Assembly (NCBI GenBank): GCA_964016885.1
Contig: OZ024742.1
Location: 37,696,001-37,760,000, forward strand
Origin: Eledone cirrhosa
Taxonomy: Eukaryota
DNA: 64,000 nt
Direction of reading: 5' to 3'
The notes under the pieces were generated by a model. That model made no database searches. It saw nothing but the letters and a program-made list of their open reading frames with translations, and was not told the DNA's origin. Shown in pieces: positions 63,601 through 64,000 of this stretch (within the stretch, counting starts at the first letter, position 1; each line of letters opens with the position of its first letter). The translations under genes and the position numbers were made by a program.

Positions 63601-64000
63601 TCTTTATGTATACATTTATTTCATATAATGTAAGTGTGCGTGGGGGCACACACATACACTTTAAAAAGTTTCCTACCTGAATACACATATAATTTATCTC
63701 TCTCTCTCGTTCACATACACACTTAAAAAACAATCTAATGTATGAGTTTTTTTACCCTGTGTTCTACAGCTATCCCTTGCAGAATACTATTAATTAATCT
63801 CCTTACGCTACTGCATATATTGAAACCATATTAATCAAATTAAATAATTAATGGGGATAATTTATAATTAATCCTGGAAAACAAAACCTATTTGGAATTA
63901 TTGTAAATCATATATTTTTCAGAGAAAAATTTATCACGAGCCAATTGAGTAGTTCTAGGTTTTTGTCTTCTCTGCATACATTTTTCAAATAACCAGCAAT

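Noticed and set aside
37500-64000. Next upstream liprin-beta coding exon (expected to end in phase 0 with an ..EEK-like sequence)
   Set aside because: I could not find a convincing candidate by eye; it probably lies beyond the window, although I may have missed it.

Overview
AT-rich, repeat-dense animal genomic DNA. The SINE/LINE repertoire and microsatellite load look like an octopus or other coleoid cephalopod (inference, no search run). The window is essentially the interior of one minus-strand gene, a liprin-beta (PPFIBP1/2-like) orthologue. Eight GT-AG exons (37478-37394, 35802-35696, 34619-34565, 31883-31732, 21731-21566, 13935-13818, 7666-7547, 1928-1778) splice with matching phases into 954 nt / 318 aa, running from the end of the coiled coil through the RGGxRATAG motif into SAM1. 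The gene continues beyond the left edge, and I found no confident upstream exon in 37.5-64 kb. The introns hold decayed CR1-, RTE-, L1/Tx1-, R4/Dong- and CRE-like non-LTR fragments, a mariner, an LTR+PBS remnant, piggyBac/mariner MITEs and many tRNA-derived SINEs. The most interesting observations are: (i) a CR1-like copy with clustered, strand-specific A-to-G changes, possibly fossil ADAR hyper-editing; (ii) a candidate 6-nt microexon and other alternative exons; (iii) a 2.1-kb 29-bp minisatellite that grew from a monomer inside a dispersed repeat whose unamplified copy is also in the window; (iv) a ~340-bp near-perfect palindrome in a Penelope-like nested insertion; (v) an RTE reverse transcriptase with a PHD finger inside it. 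No prokaryotic system or CRISPR array is present. Most ORFs in the supplied track are spurious. Repeat boundaries are approximate.
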